Virus record (IMG/VR): IMGVR_UViG_2773857663_000001 | Location: 1-64,000 of that record | Length of the DNA: 64,000 bases | Reading direction: 5' to 3' (one strand) | Source of the DNA: a virus | Lineage: Duplodnaviria; Caudoviricetes | In this document: positions 28,927 to 39,280 of the stretch, in pieces | Numbering within the stretch: position 1 is the stretch's first letter | Layout: each line of letters opens with the position of its first letter | Position numbers and translations under genes: made by a program | The notes under the pieces: generated by a model | What the model saw: only the letters and a program-made list of their open reading frames with translations | Database searches by the model: none | What the model was told of the DNA's origin: nothing

Positions 28927-29547
28927 ATGACACAACAAAATAACCTCTTGTCAGAGGATTCGGTGTATAAGAAGAAACTGTTTTACGACAACGGAGTCCA
29001 CTTTATTCAGGTCAAAGCAAAGCTGATTACGGAGTACAAACCACCGACGCCTTACCTGAAGACCCATGTCAACCAGACCTTGGCATCTTCTGCGGGACTT
29101 GTGCAGAACGGAACGTCTCATTATAACGCTACCCTAACCATGCTGTTTTATTCTAAGAAGGAATATGCCGACTGGCTTCAGTTCATCGGCTCTCAACATA
29201 AGTATTACGACGAGAAAGGTACAGTTTACATCGGCATCGTAACTGGAGAACCCGATATTAAAACCGCTGAGATGGAAACGAAGTACATCGTAACCATCGG
29301 CATGTCTCTCGTCCGCAAGCAAGATTTTGAGTACAAGTACAAGACAGAGTTCATTGATATCGAAAATCATTGGGCAAACAAGTATATCGACAATATGCAG
29401 CAGCTTGGACTTATCGCAACGAACTGGGAAGCAGACGGGGAGTCTGTGGTTTACTTCCGTCCGGACGAAGCGGCGACAAGAGCAGAATCCATTACGTTCC
29501 TTATGCGGACATATCGACACGTAGACAAGTTGCTGAGGGGGTACTAA
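28927..29547 (+). CDS. Distal-tail-position protein with C-terminal SLH domain
   Basis: Directly after the tape measure gene; FIDIENHWA..YI..M...GLI...FRPDEAATRAE...FLMR. Confidence 0.75.
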   Translation: MTQQNNLLSEDSVYKKKLFYDNGVHFIQVKAKLITEYKPPTPYLKTHVNQTLASSAGLVQNGTSHYNATLTMLFYSKKEYADWLQFIGSQHKYYDEKGTVYIGIVTGEPDIKTAEMETKYIVTIGMSLVRKQDFEYKYKTEFIDIENHWANKYIDNMQQLGLIATNWEADGESVVYFRPDEAATRAESITFLMRTYRHVDKLLRGY

Positions 29548-29550
29548 GAA

Positions 29551-30594
29551 ATGAAAAGATGGATTGACGTAGATCCGCTGGACTGGTATTACCGTGACAC
29601 ACTTGAAATTACCCGTATGAGAACGGATTTGACGGGTGACGTAGAAGTCTTAAGCGGCATGACGTACAACGTATTCAAAGAAGGGTACGAGCGAATGGTC
29701 AAGCGGTTCGTGACCGTAAGCGGACAGCAAGAGTTTCTTGTACCTGATTACAAATACCACGTGAACAATCCGGTGTTCGTCATCGTAAATGGGGTGGAGG
29801 TTCTTCCTGAGAAGGTAGAGAACGGAAAAGTAACCATGACCAACCCGCTGTCGGCGGGCATCGAAGTCGTGGTCATTGCTTATGGCATCCCTGACCGGAA
29901 AGATATCGGGTGTGTCAATACCCCTTACAATGGAGTAGGCGACTACCGGATGCCACACGCAACCCTGAAGTATGCTTCAACATACCATTTCAGCTACAGC
30001 AACCAACCGGAGTCTTGTACAGTCCTTGGGGTGAAGCTGAAGAGACTTCTCGTCACCGTTGGCGCAGGAAGTGATGCAGGCGTGGTCATCCGGAACACGA
30101 TCGGATTTCAGCGTGACGTGTTTGTCATTCATAAGGGTGAAGTTTACTTGCCATACATGTACAATGGCTTCCCTGCTGTCATAGGGTATAACGCCGTAAT
30201 TAAAGGGGTGAGTAGACGTACAAGTGAAACGGTCGTCGTGGAATCAGGGCGAGTGACGTACAACGACAGATTTTTCGGAGACGTTCGTATTCGTCGCGGA
30301 GACTTCTTCTCACTTATGAGCCGTATTTACGAGAATCTGCATAATCGGTACACCGATCGTGCGTTCACATACAATGATACGCCGCTGAGACCGATTGTGG
30401 ATAAGGATGTTATCCTTTCCAAATGGTACTCGAACGACGTACTGACCCTGTTGGATGAAAAATTCCATGACGGGTGTTATGTGTTCCCGCTTTATGAAGA
30501 TGGTCAGTTTGAACCGGAAGCATGTATTACAAGAGCAGAAGCTGTAACCTTCCTTAACAGATTGATCGAGTGGATTACGGAGAAATATAGATAA
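29551..30594 (+). CDS. Baseplate-region protein with SLH motifs
   Basis: WIDVDPLDWYY, IRRGDFFSLMSR, KDV...KWY and YEDGQFEPEACITRAEAVTFLNR. Confidence 0.75.
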   Translation: MKRWIDVDPLDWYYRDTLEITRMRTDLTGDVEVLSGMTYNVFKEGYERMVKRFVTVSGQQEFLVPDYKYHVNNPVFVIVNGVEVLPEKVENGKVTMTNPLSAGIEVVVIAYGIPDRKDIGCVNTPYNGVGDYRMPHATLKYASTYHFSYSNQPESCTVLGVKLKRLLVTVGAGSDAGVVIRNTIGFQRDVFVIHKGEVYLPYMYNGFPAVIGYNAVIKGVSRRTSETVVVESGRVTYNDRFFGDVRIRRGDFFSLMSRIYENLHNRYTDRAFTYNDTPLRPIVDKDVILSKWYSNDVLTLLDEKFHDGCYVFPLYEDGQFEPEACITRAEAVTFLNRLIEWITEKYR

Positions 30595-30599
30595 GGCAG

Positions 30600-33500
30600 G
30601 TGGCTGAAGTGGCTTATGTATCTAACGTTAATTACCCTTCAAGGCAGTTGCTACAAGGCATCATGGAGCGTGTAAACGCGCTAGGGAACGAGCCGAAGGT
30701 AATCGTAGAGTTGGACAAAACATCATACGTGCGGGGATTCCGTAGAAAATACGATGCAGTCCAGTACGTGGTAGACAGTGCAGTGAATGATATGCTGTCC
30801 ATCGACAAAGCGGAGAAGATTACGAACTACGTTGACGGTACGCTGATTGATACCAGCACCGACCTGAGAAACGCAGACTTCTCCATGCCAATAAAAGCAA
30901 GTTCAACGATGCACGGGAAGGAGAATGGGGAGCGTACCATCAACGGGATGTATATCACCGACTGGTTCGAGACAGACCCTCGCTGTTCCCGTAAGGAGCA
31001 TAAAGGAATTGACCTTGATCTTGCGATGAACGACCCAGTATACGCTGTGTGGGCAGGTACAGTAACCATTGCCAGCACCTTGAGAGGATACGGTAAAGTG
31101 GTCTATGTCAATCACGGAAACGGGTGGGAGACAAGGTATGCCCACTTAAACAAAATCAGTGTAAGTGTGGGTGATAAGGTTAACGCAGGTGGCCTTGTAG
31201 GTCTTGGCGGCAATACCGGACACTCCATCTCCAGTGGTGGCGGTGACGGAACACACTTACACTTTGAAGTACGATTTAACAACGTACCACAAAATCCTGA
31301 ACCGTACCTGCGGGGCAAGAGAACTATTCAGACAGCAAGCAAGAGAATTGATAAAAGGAACATTCAGGATGCTTCCGTCTTAATGGACGCTTCAGGGGTA
31401 ATGGCAGACTCGACCTCCTACGTGGAATACAACATGGAAGCAACGGCATATGTAGCAGACTGCCCCGGCTGTATTGGAATCACACGGGGCGGTACAGACG
31501 TTCGTACATGGAAGAACTGGAAGATTATTGCGGTAGATCCCTCTGTTATCCCTTTAAAGAGCAAAGTGGAACTGATTGTCAATGGAACGAGTTGGGGAGA
31601 GTATCTCGCGGATGACACGGGCGGAGCTATCAAAGGCAATCGGATTGACATTCTTTATGATACGAAGGCGAATGCCCTCAAGTTTGGAAGGCAGCCCGTT
31701 GTTGTAAGAGTAAAGTCTTGGGGCGATGGTAAACCAAGAACGGCAGACTCGGCGGGAGATGCCAGCATCGATAAGGAAATCGTCACGTACCAATACAACA
31801 GGACGACCACCAAACAAACCTACTTCAAGGATTTTACAACCAAGAAGACTACACTTGATGTCAAGAAGTACACAGAGACAAACGGTGCAGTGCAAATGAC
31901 CGTTGTTGATGACAAGACTTCGATGAACGTCCTCGGATTTAACGGAACGGGAGGGGCAGGTCAGGCTAAGACGCTGGTTTTCGAGCACGATTGGTTTAAG
32001 GCAGGAAACCTTGGCTGGGCATACTTCTCTGATCTTGAACTGGATGACACGATTATCGTCACAGTTAATGATTACGAAGTAGTGCGTATCAACGGGGTGA
32101 GCGCTAAAAACGGAGTGGCATACCCACCTTCCATACCGATGCCAAAAGGACATAACGTGGTGAAATTCACTTTCGCCAATTCCTCGAAAGCATCGAGAGG
32201 AAAGTTCGGTATCCTGTGGCTCAGAGCGAAAGAGTTCGATGTAGAGACCGTTGAGTCGAAGGCAATGTGGGACTTTGAAGATGGAATGAACAGTGCCAAC
32301 AATTGGACTCCCTACAGCACAGTCGTACAGAAGGACAAAGGAGATTACCAAGCAATCTCAACCAGCGGAGGCGAAGCAGGTATCGAGCGGTTAGGTAAAA
32401 TCAAGAAGTTTCCGTTTACGATTCACTTTAGCCTGAAGACAGCCGCGGGTACCAGCGGCAAGTTAGTTATTAGTGATGGAACGAAGGGGTTTCTTCTGAA
32501 CATCAAGGATGACCAAATTTATACTTCTGGTGGCGGAACGTTTAAGCTAAACACGACTTCTGATTTTATCGAGTACACTGTAGTCTGCCATGACCAAACG
32601 GATATCGATGTATATGTGAAGATAAATGATGTCTGGGTTAACACCGGAATCCGTGGGGCGGCATTCGACTATCCGTACCAAAGCAGAATTCTGTTTGCAG
32701 TGACGGATGGAACGATGTATCTCGACAGTGTGAAGTACGCTGCCAACGACTATGCCATCGAGCAACTAGCTACTGCCATCGGTGACACGTATGACGAGAA
32801 GTGGTATGAAGTTGGGGACTTCGTTTATGAAGACATGTACACCATTGAGAAAGATGTAATGAGTTGGGAAATCAACACCCACCTTGATACGACTATCAGC
32901 ACCGCACGGCTAACACTGGACAACTCTTCGGGTATTTATTCTCCATCTTGGGAGCGTAGACCAGAGTTCCCTGACTCATTTAAGACGGACAAGTCTCCGT
33001 TGAGCTATTACGAAGAAGGAGAACTGCGACATGTTATTAGCGAGTACACTCCAATCAGGATTTATGCGGGATACGGGGAAGAAGTTGTCCGTGTATTCAC
33101 TGGAATGATTAAAGGCGAAATTACGGAGAACTCTGACGAGAAGACCGTCTCGTTTAGCTGTGTGGACAGGTACGACATGCTTGAGGAATTTATCTTCTAC
33201 AAGCCTATGCAGTACCCGCCGGAAGAAGCTTATGCAGGAGATGGCGGGGCATTCTCCTGGATTAAATCAAGCATTGTAGAAGACATTGTTGTCCATGCAG
33301 GAATGAGCGCTTGGAAGTTTCATTCGGAGGATATGAGCAACCCTGACTACGTGATTGAGGACACAGTTTACATCGACGTGAACAAAGGGAAGAACACCTT
33401 CATGAAATTTAATAAGGAGAGCGGAGAACTTGAGGCCGTGACTCAGGAGAATATTATGGAAGTTGGCGGCTGGCAGAATCCGTTCGTGGCAAGTGTATCC

Positions 33501-34097
33501 TTCCCAATAGGTACGAACGCTTCAGATGCCGTACAGTCCCTTATTCAAGATATTCCTTACCGTGCCTACTGCGACAGGTATGGGACGTTTCGAATGGAGA
33601 AGATGGACTTCCTCGATTCACCAGACTGGGCTATGGTAGCGGGCATGAAGTGGGAGTTCATTGATGGAGAGAATCTACTGGAAGTTACTTCTTCTACCGA
33701 TTACTCCCGTGTCAGAAATCACTTGATGATTTCCGGTACAGCGGGTATCGTGGAACACTTCTTCGACAAGTCTCTGATTATCGCAACTAAGGGTAATATC
33801 CGCACGGCGGGCGCTCAGTTGGACTGGATTGAAGAGATCGATGGAAACTCCTTGAGAGACTTGAAGGAGGACGTAGCCAATAAGATTTTCTTTGATTACA
33901 AACGTCAGGCAAGGACGAAGAACGTAGTCGTCAAAGGTAATCCGTTAATCGAACTGCTTGACTCTGTTTACGTATACGATTCCAAGACGTTCACTTCCAA
34001 TTACTTCCTGGTTAAGGGGAACAGAATCGTCGGTAACAGCGATGGCATCGTCAATTACCTCGAGTTGACGTGGCAGTCTTTATCAGAATTAGGATAA
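30600..34097 (+). CDS. Baseplate hub/tail-associated lysin with M23 peptidase and 3D domains
   Basis: HKGID, YAHL and HLHFE (M23); ATAY, IAVDP.VIPL and DTGGAIKGNRID (3D); C-terminal hub-like TARLTLDN...VFTG.I...NPLIEL.D. Confidence 0.85.
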   Translation: MAEVAYVSNVNYPSRQLLQGIMERVNALGNEPKVIVELDKTSYVRGFRRKYDAVQYVVDSAVNDMLSIDKAEKITNYVDGTLIDTSTDLRNADFSMPIKASSTMHGKENGERTINGMYITDWFETDPRCSRKEHKGIDLDLAMNDPVYAVWAGTVTIASTLRGYGKVVYVNHGNGWETRYAHLNKISVSVGDKVNAGGLVGLGGNTGHSISSGGGDGTHLHFEVRFNNVPQNPEPYLRGKRTIQTASKRIDKRNIQDASVLMDASGVMADSTSYVEYNMEATAYVADCPGCIGITRGGTDVRTWKNWKIIAVDPSVIPLKSKVELIVNGTSWGEYLADDTGGAIKGNRIDILYDTKANALKFGRQPVVVRVKSWGDGKPRTADSAGDASIDKEIVTYQYNRTTTKQTYFKDFTTKKTTLDVKKYTETNGAVQMTVVDDKTSMNVLGFNGTGGAGQAKTLVFEHDWFKAGNLGWAYFSDLELDDTIIVTVNDYEVVRINGVSAKNGVAYPPSIPMPKGHNVVKFTFANSSKASRGKFGILWLRAKEFDVETVESKAMWDFEDGMNSANNWTPYSTVVQKDKGDYQAISTSGGEAGIERLGKIKKFPFTIHFSLKTAAGTSGKLVISDGTKGFLLNIKDDQIYTSGGGTFKLNTTSDFIEYTVVCHDQTDIDVYVKINDVWVNTGIRGAAFDYPYQSRILFAVTDGTMYLDSVKYAANDYAIEQLATAIGDTYDEKWYEVGDFVYEDMYTIEKDVMSWEINTHLDTTISTARLTLDNSSGIYSPSWERRPEFPDSFKTDKSPLSYYEEGELRHVISEYTPIRIYAGYGEEVVRVFTGMIKGEITENSDEKTVSFSCVDRYDMLEEFIFYKPMQYPPEEAYAGDGGAFSWIKSSIVEDIVVHAGMSAWKFHSEDMSNPDYVIEDTVYIDVNKGKNTFMKFNKESGELEAVTQENIMEVGGWQNPFVASVSFPIGTNASDAVQSLIQDIPYRAYCDRYGTFRMEKMDFLDSPDWAMVAGMKWEFIDGENLLEVTSSTDYSRVRNHLMISGTAGIVEHFFDKSLIIATKGNIRTAGAQLDWIEEIDGNSLRDLKEDVANKIFFDYKRQARTKNVVVKGNPLIELLDSVYVYDSKTFTSNYFLVKGNRIVGNSDGIVNYLELTWQSLSELG

Positions 34098-34106
34098 CCA
34101 CATAGG

Positions 34107-34150
34107 CAGGGAGCACTTACGCTTACGGCGCTAATTGTTCCCTGCTTTTT
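34107..34150 (+). terminator. Intrinsic terminator
   Basis: GCAGGGAGCA...TGTTCCCTGC followed by TTTTT. Confidence 0.7.
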
Positions 34151-34599
34151 CTTATAATGCTATGGAAGGTGAGGTGTATACTCTGGACACTAGGAACTTT
34201 GTAAACTCGAATGAAATCTATCCCATACTCGATTTAATTCGGAGGGAGATGAAGAAATCCGGTCTTTACACTGGCGGCGATGAATTAACTGACATGGATG
34301 CACTTGTAGAACCGAATGTAATTAACGTGGAAGCCCGCAGAGAATTGGCAGGTTATTCTGCTCTCGTAACCTCTGTAGTATACACGTACGATAACGGTGT
34401 AATCGAAATTCTGACCCTTGAGAGGGATGCCAATTTAATTGTGGAAGGCTTCCTGATAGAGATTACATATCCTTCCTTGGTCAATGAGGAATTAGAAGAG
34501 GAAACGGATATCGCATCTTTCAGCACAGTTAGAGGGACTATTATTAGAGAGAACGGATTATTTAAGAATCTGGAACTCGAATATATTAAGGCGGTGTAG
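34135..34599 (+). CDS. Hypothetical structural protein (start uncertain, likely near 34174)
   Basis: Acidic ORF in the operon. Confidence 0.65.
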   Translation: MFPAFSYNAMEGEVYTLDTRNFVNSNEIYPILDLIRREMKKSGLYTGGDELTDMDALVEPNVINVEARRELAGYSALVTSVVYTYDNGVIEILTLERDANLIVEGFLIEITYPSLVNEELEEETDIASFSTVRGTIIRENGLFKNLELEYIKAV

Positions 34600-34602
34600 T
34601 GA

Positions 34603-34989
34603 ATGTCTAGCGGAGCAAATTTTGCAAGTTATCTGGTAGGCGGTAGACTCGACCCTCCTTTTATGCCTACCAAAACGAACCCGTACATTGAAGGGATTAT
34701 GATAGAGTCCCCAATGTCGGGCAAGGTCGAACACAAGCTGACCATTCAAGAGGATTGTGAGTTGCTTTCCGTTGCAGTCGGCGTATCCAACTACGAAGCA
34801 AGGGACTATTGGAACTTGTACGTAGGGGAACGGCTGGTGTGTAAGAACATTTACACGAAGGATTTACCGGAGGGTATGTACCTGACGGCGATTATTCCAT
34901 GTAAGCAGGGAACACAACTTCACTTTGAGTTCTTCAATGAGGGCGGCAAGCCTAAGGTAGTATGGGCAAACTACCAAACGCTCAAATAG
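34603..34989 (+). CDS. Hypothetical structural protein
   Basis: 128-aa beta-rich ORF coupled to its neighbours. Confidence 0.75.
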   Translation: MSSGANFASYLVGGRLDPPFMPTKTNPYIEGIMIESPMSGKVEHKLTIQEDCELLSVAVGVSNYEARDYWNLYVGERLVCKNIYTKDLPEGMYLTAIIPCKQGTQLHFEFFNEGGKPKVVWANYQTLK

Positions 34990-35004
34990 AAAGGAGGTGA
35001 TTAA

Positions 35005-37665
35005 ATGGCAGATACGTCATACCAGCCAACGCCTTGGCTCGACACGACCATAAATGAAGAGTTCCTGCTAGAAGGGCTTGCTGGTATCATGACAACCAAC
35101 GGCTGGTCAAAGGTAGCGGAGTTTACTAAGGTAACCTACTCCAACAAGCTGACCAAGCCAACAATCAAGCGTTTCTACCTTCCGATGGCTAACCCTGAAA
35201 TAGACTTGCCTAAGGTACTTAACGATGATTACTACATCTTCCTTGATGGAGAGATTGCTCCAACATCCTATTACACAGCGGTCAAGAACACTGACGAAAC
35301 CACCACGATTACCTTTGAAGCAGGGGTATCCGGTCAGGTAGCGATTTACTACAGCACGGTCGGGTCAGGGGACACCTTCGACTTTTATGTGACCAAGCAC
35401 ATCGTCGTCAAAAATATATCGGGAAACCTGTTTGGCATGGCAATGCTGGCTCACATTAATGAGCAGATTGGACGGACGGACTGTAAAGTACCATTCGCAA
35501 TCTATGACAAAAATGCCGATTACGGTACTCAGTTAACACCGCAGGACAGCGGCGTATTCTCTTGGGCGATTCAGAAGGCTAACGAAGATGCCCTCTTTGA
35601 GAGGCATACGCTTTACTTCTACCAGCTTGAGAAGTGGATTGGAAACGGGAAGATGTTGGTTGGGTGGGAGAACGTTAATGAACTGAAGCGGGTGGCTTTG
35701 GATGTTGAGGTGCAGACAAGCATGTGGGGGCTGGACGACAATACGAACGCTCTTCAGTCACGAATTACTGATTCCTTCCCTCAGATGTACCAGTCGCCAA
35801 TAGTCACGTCCCGTACAAGAATCCCTCAGCTTGAGCACACAGAGAAGATTGCCTTTGTTGACGTGAAATTTACGAACTGGTGGGATGACAGTAAGGTGTT
35901 CGTCAAAGGGTTCGTGGACGGTAAGTCGCTCATGCTGATTATCGTTGCGGACACTGCTCCCGTTTGGGATGACAACGCCGTACCTGCGATTCCTCTCTAC
36001 ATGGGAGACTTCGATGTTAACGGCTTGACAGAAGAGGTTATTAATCGGGATATCACGTTCGACTTCTACCGGAAGCAGACGAAGACTTCCACGATCATCT
36101 CAGGTAAGCCGATGGTCAATGCAGGGTCGTATGTAAAGGTATGGCTAATGGGTGACACGGACGGCGACATGCCTGACGAAGCTGTCACGCTGACCATCGC
36201 AGGTCAAGAGATTGGAAAGTTCAATACCATCGGGGCGGTAGAGCCGACAAGTAACAGGAACGATGCTCAGTTGATGGGGCAGTTCGATATTACGGGGATC
36301 GAGGGCATGTCATCTGTGACCATTGAAGCAGTGAGTGGAGATGGAGTGAGTGGTTACACCCCGGTATCCGGTCGGATGTTTCTTGAGGTTCATATTGAGA
36401 CTAATCGGAATACTGAAGGCGCACCGTCTGCCTTATTCTCAGGAACTGCGTACAACAAGGATGGGGCTACCGTAGAAGCTTCTCTCAAGCAGTCCGGTCA
36501 GTTCGATTATGACGATGCAAACATCAAGCAAGAGGTTCTACTTCCTGTTATGAAGGAGTATCCGCACTACCCAAGTAACGGTATTGACTCCATTATGGTC
36601 AAGCGAAATAAGTTCGGTGCAAGGTATCAGGCGCATTACCTGTCTTGGAATGTTCCTTCTAATTCTATGCCACCGCTAAGGGAAAATGCTGACAACCATA
36701 AGCACCCAAGGGCTTGGAAAGATTACATGAACGAGCAATACAAGTACCAGTTCAGTCCGTCAAGGTACAGCGGGAAAGCCCATTCATCCCGTGCACTTCT
36801 GGTTCATCCTGAAGATGGTACGTTCGGAACACTGCGAAACGTTATTTTAACCTCGCCCTTAACTATAATGAATGGTGACGAGTTAAAGGCTGTGAGAGAT
36901 TACTGTGACGACGAGAACAGGTATGAGGTTTACTCTTACTACTTGGTCGAAGGGATTTCGCCACTGACAAAGAGACCTGCAACGCCATACAGACCTGCCG
37001 CTCTCGGCATTCTGAAGGCGGGGTACACTCTTCCTGAGATTCCTCCTGCACCGCCTGAATCTCCAGCTCTGATTCTGTCAATCGACCCTGGTTATTCAAG
37101 CATAGACGAGGACACGTCAATCAAGTTCACATCGCTGTACAGCAAGCACTCCCCTATTACGAATTACAAGTGGGAAGTGGCGAGTGACGTGAAAAAGGGC
37201 TTGTATACAGTCGATCATGCAACGTTTACATTCAGCAATGTCGGCACGTATTCGGTCAAGCTTACGGTGTGGAATGAATTAGGTCAGCAGGCAACGGCCA
37301 CGGCAACCATAATGGTAACTGCCAAGTACGTGCCCCCACCACCTCCACCACCCCCACCGGCTAATACATTGCAGTGCGGTAAGCTGAACGATTCTGGCGG
37401 CGGGGCTTATACGGAGAAACTGCATGAGATGGGCAATTCGTCTGGACGAGTCGTTATCACCTACAACATGTATGGGGTAGCTGACCGTATGGATGTTTAC
37501 TATCAGAACCAGTTGCTTGCCAGCACCAACATGGAAGTATCTAACGGAGGTTCACTCCAATTCCAATACAGTCCTGTTGGCGGCGTAACACAAATAAAGG
37601 TGGTCATGTCCTCCAGTTCGGGGTCAAGTTCGTCGTGGGAATACCTGGTAAACTGTCCTGTGTAA
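35005..37665 (+). CDS. Structural protein with PKD domain and poly-Pro linker
   Basis: Core shared with the next two genes (NWW.DS, FSPSRYSGKAH, VHPEDG); ITNYKW...FSNVGTYSVKLTV is PKD-like. Confidence 0.8.
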   Translation: MADTSYQPTPWLDTTINEEFLLEGLAGIMTTNGWSKVAEFTKVTYSNKLTKPTIKRFYLPMANPEIDLPKVLNDDYYIFLDGEIAPTSYYTAVKNTDETTTITFEAGVSGQVAIYYSTVGSGDTFDFYVTKHIVVKNISGNLFGMAMLAHINEQIGRTDCKVPFAIYDKNADYGTQLTPQDSGVFSWAIQKANEDALFERHTLYFYQLEKWIGNGKMLVGWENVNELKRVALDVEVQTSMWGLDDNTNALQSRITDSFPQMYQSPIVTSRTRIPQLEHTEKIAFVDVKFTNWWDDSKVFVKGFVDGKSLMLIIVADTAPVWDDNAVPAIPLYMGDFDVNGLTEEVINRDITFDFYRKQTKTSTIISGKPMVNAGSYVKVWLMGDTDGDMPDEAVTLTIAGQEIGKFNTIGAVEPTSNRNDAQLMGQFDITGIEGMSSVTIEAVSGDGVSGYTPVSGRMFLEVHIETNRNTEGAPSALFSGTAYNKDGATVEASLKQSGQFDYDDANIKQEVLLPVMKEYPHYPSNGIDSIMVKRNKFGARYQAHYLSWNVPSNSMPPLRENADNHKHPRAWKDYMNEQYKYQFSPSRYSGKAHSSRALLVHPEDGTFGTLRNVILTSPLTIMNGDELKAVRDYCDDENRYEVYSYYLVEGISPLTKRPATPYRPAALGILKAGYTLPEIPPAPPESPALILSIDPGYSSIDEDTSIKFTSLYSKHSPITNYKWEVASDVKKGLYTVDHATFTFSNVGTYSVKLTVWNELGQQATATATIMVTAKYVPPPPPPPPPANTLQCGKLNDSGGGAYTEKLHEMGNSSGRVVITYNMYGVADRMDVYYQNQLLASTNMEVSNGGSLQFQYSPVGGVTQIKVVMSSSSGSSSSWEYLVNCPV

Positions 37666-37713
37666 CAGCAGGACTTGCTATATAAAGCTAATAAGTAAAG
37701 GGGTGCTATTTAA

Positions 37714-39192
37714 ATGCCATTTATCGACACAACTCCTGCATCGTTTACCCCGAAAGTAACGGAACAGGATATTCAACCTCGGTTAGGAGACCTACTTGCT
37801 ACTCAAGGATGGGAAACAGTCGCTAACTTTAAGAAAGTGGTTTTTGACGCAGGTATTATGCGAAGCACGTACACTGGTCAAGATACGGTCGACATTCCAA
37901 TCTACGTGGCGGAGCACTTCATTTACAAGAACACTACGGGCAAGATGTTTGGCGTTGCTGTTCTTGGTACATGGAATCAGAACCTTGGTCAACTTCGGAA
38001 GCTAAACAAGTCACCTGATTCTAAAGCTCCGGCTCCTGCAACACTTGCGGTGTTCTCAGAATGGGCTACAAACGAGTTCCGTAAGTATCGTTCCCCTCAG
38101 ACTCTGTACTTCTATATGGTCGAGAATTTGGCGGGACTTATGCCTAACTACTCTGACGTAACACTGCCTTGGATTAACTCGGGCGACCTTAAACGGGCGG
38201 CTCTGGATATTGAAGTAGAAGCTGCAGGTTGGGTAGGCACAGGCTCGACGGCTACCTTCACTGTATCTAAAGCTGAAGGGAATCGGATGCAATCTCCAAT
38301 CATGCAAGCAGGTCTTCGCACCAACCTTTTGGAAAAATACCACGACGACGATATCAACTATGCGATTCAAAATACGAACTGGTGGGCTGACTCAGAAATC
38401 TCTATTAAAGGTCACTTGAACGGAGATAGCCTGTTTTTCATCATCCAATGTGACAACGTACCTGCACCGGAAGGAAACCTTGTTCCAATCATTCCTCTCT
38501 ACTTCGGTAAGCTGGATGCCATTGAAGAAGGTGATGATGCCTACGCAATGTTCGCAGGTAGTGTACCTATCGTGACACAGACAGGTTCAGCGGGGTTGAC
38601 TGCTATCGCTGAGTACGACTTCGATGATACGACGAAGAGACAACCGAACATCATGCCGCTGATGAAAACCTACCCTAAGAATCCTGCGAACGGATTGGAC
38701 AACGTTATGGTCAGCCGTGGTAAACTCGGTGCTCGATATCAGGCGTACTACCTGTCTTGGAACGCACCAGCCAATGCCATCCCTCCAATGCGTACTTCGC
38801 AGGATGGCAAGCGAGACTATCCGCGGGCTTGGAACAACGCTGAGAATCCTCTTTACAAGTATTCCTTTAACCCTTCCCGATACAGCGGTAAGGTTCACAC
38901 TTCCAAGCTGTACGTGGTTCATCCAGAAGAAGGGGTGCGGGGAGCACTGAAAGACACCATCGCATTATCGGCGCTGTCCTTTAACGCAAACAAACTGCGT
39001 GTGAAGAAGGATCACTGCCCAGATGAATTCGATGTATTCCGTTACTTCTTGATTGAGGGTGTGTCCCCACTGACAAGTAAGCCGGGAACTCAGTACCGTC
39101 CAGCGGGTATTGGATTGTACTTAAATACTGTAGATGATGAAGGCGTGGAGGTCACTCCGACACCTACACCGACACAGCCTACAACCCCATAA
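37714..39192 (+). CDS. Structural protein, paralog of 35005-37665
   Basis: NWWADS, GARYQAYYLSW, FNPSRYSGKVH, VHPEEG and EGVSPLT. Confidence 0.8.
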   Translation: MPFIDTTPASFTPKVTEQDIQPRLGDLLATQGWETVANFKKVVFDAGIMRSTYTGQDTVDIPIYVAEHFIYKNTTGKMFGVAVLGTWNQNLGQLRKLNKSPDSKAPAPATLAVFSEWATNEFRKYRSPQTLYFYMVENLAGLMPNYSDVTLPWINSGDLKRAALDIEVEAAGWVGTGSTATFTVSKAEGNRMQSPIMQAGLRTNLLEKYHDDDINYAIQNTNWWADSEISIKGHLNGDSLFFIIQCDNVPAPEGNLVPIIPLYFGKLDAIEEGDDAYAMFAGSVPIVTQTGSAGLTAIAEYDFDDTTKRQPNIMPLMKTYPKNPANGLDNVMVSRGKLGARYQAYYLSWNAPANAIPPMRTSQDGKRDYPRAWNNAENPLYKYSFNPSRYSGKVHTSKLYVVHPEEGVRGALKDTIALSALSFNANKLRVKKDHCPDEFDVFRYFLIEGVSPLTSKPGTQYRPAGIGLYLNTVDDEGVEVTPTPTPTQPTTP

Positions 39193-39280
39193 CAATATAG
39201 CCCTGGCATTAATTCCTATTAAATAAGTATATTTAGTCAGGATAACCAGCAGGGTAATTCCAAACGAGAGGTGATTTATC

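Noticed and set aside
21134-34097. Contractile system (R-type tailocin, eCIS, PBSX-like)
   Set aside because: No sheath, baseplate J or PAAR-like gene recognised; the order fits a siphovirus tail.
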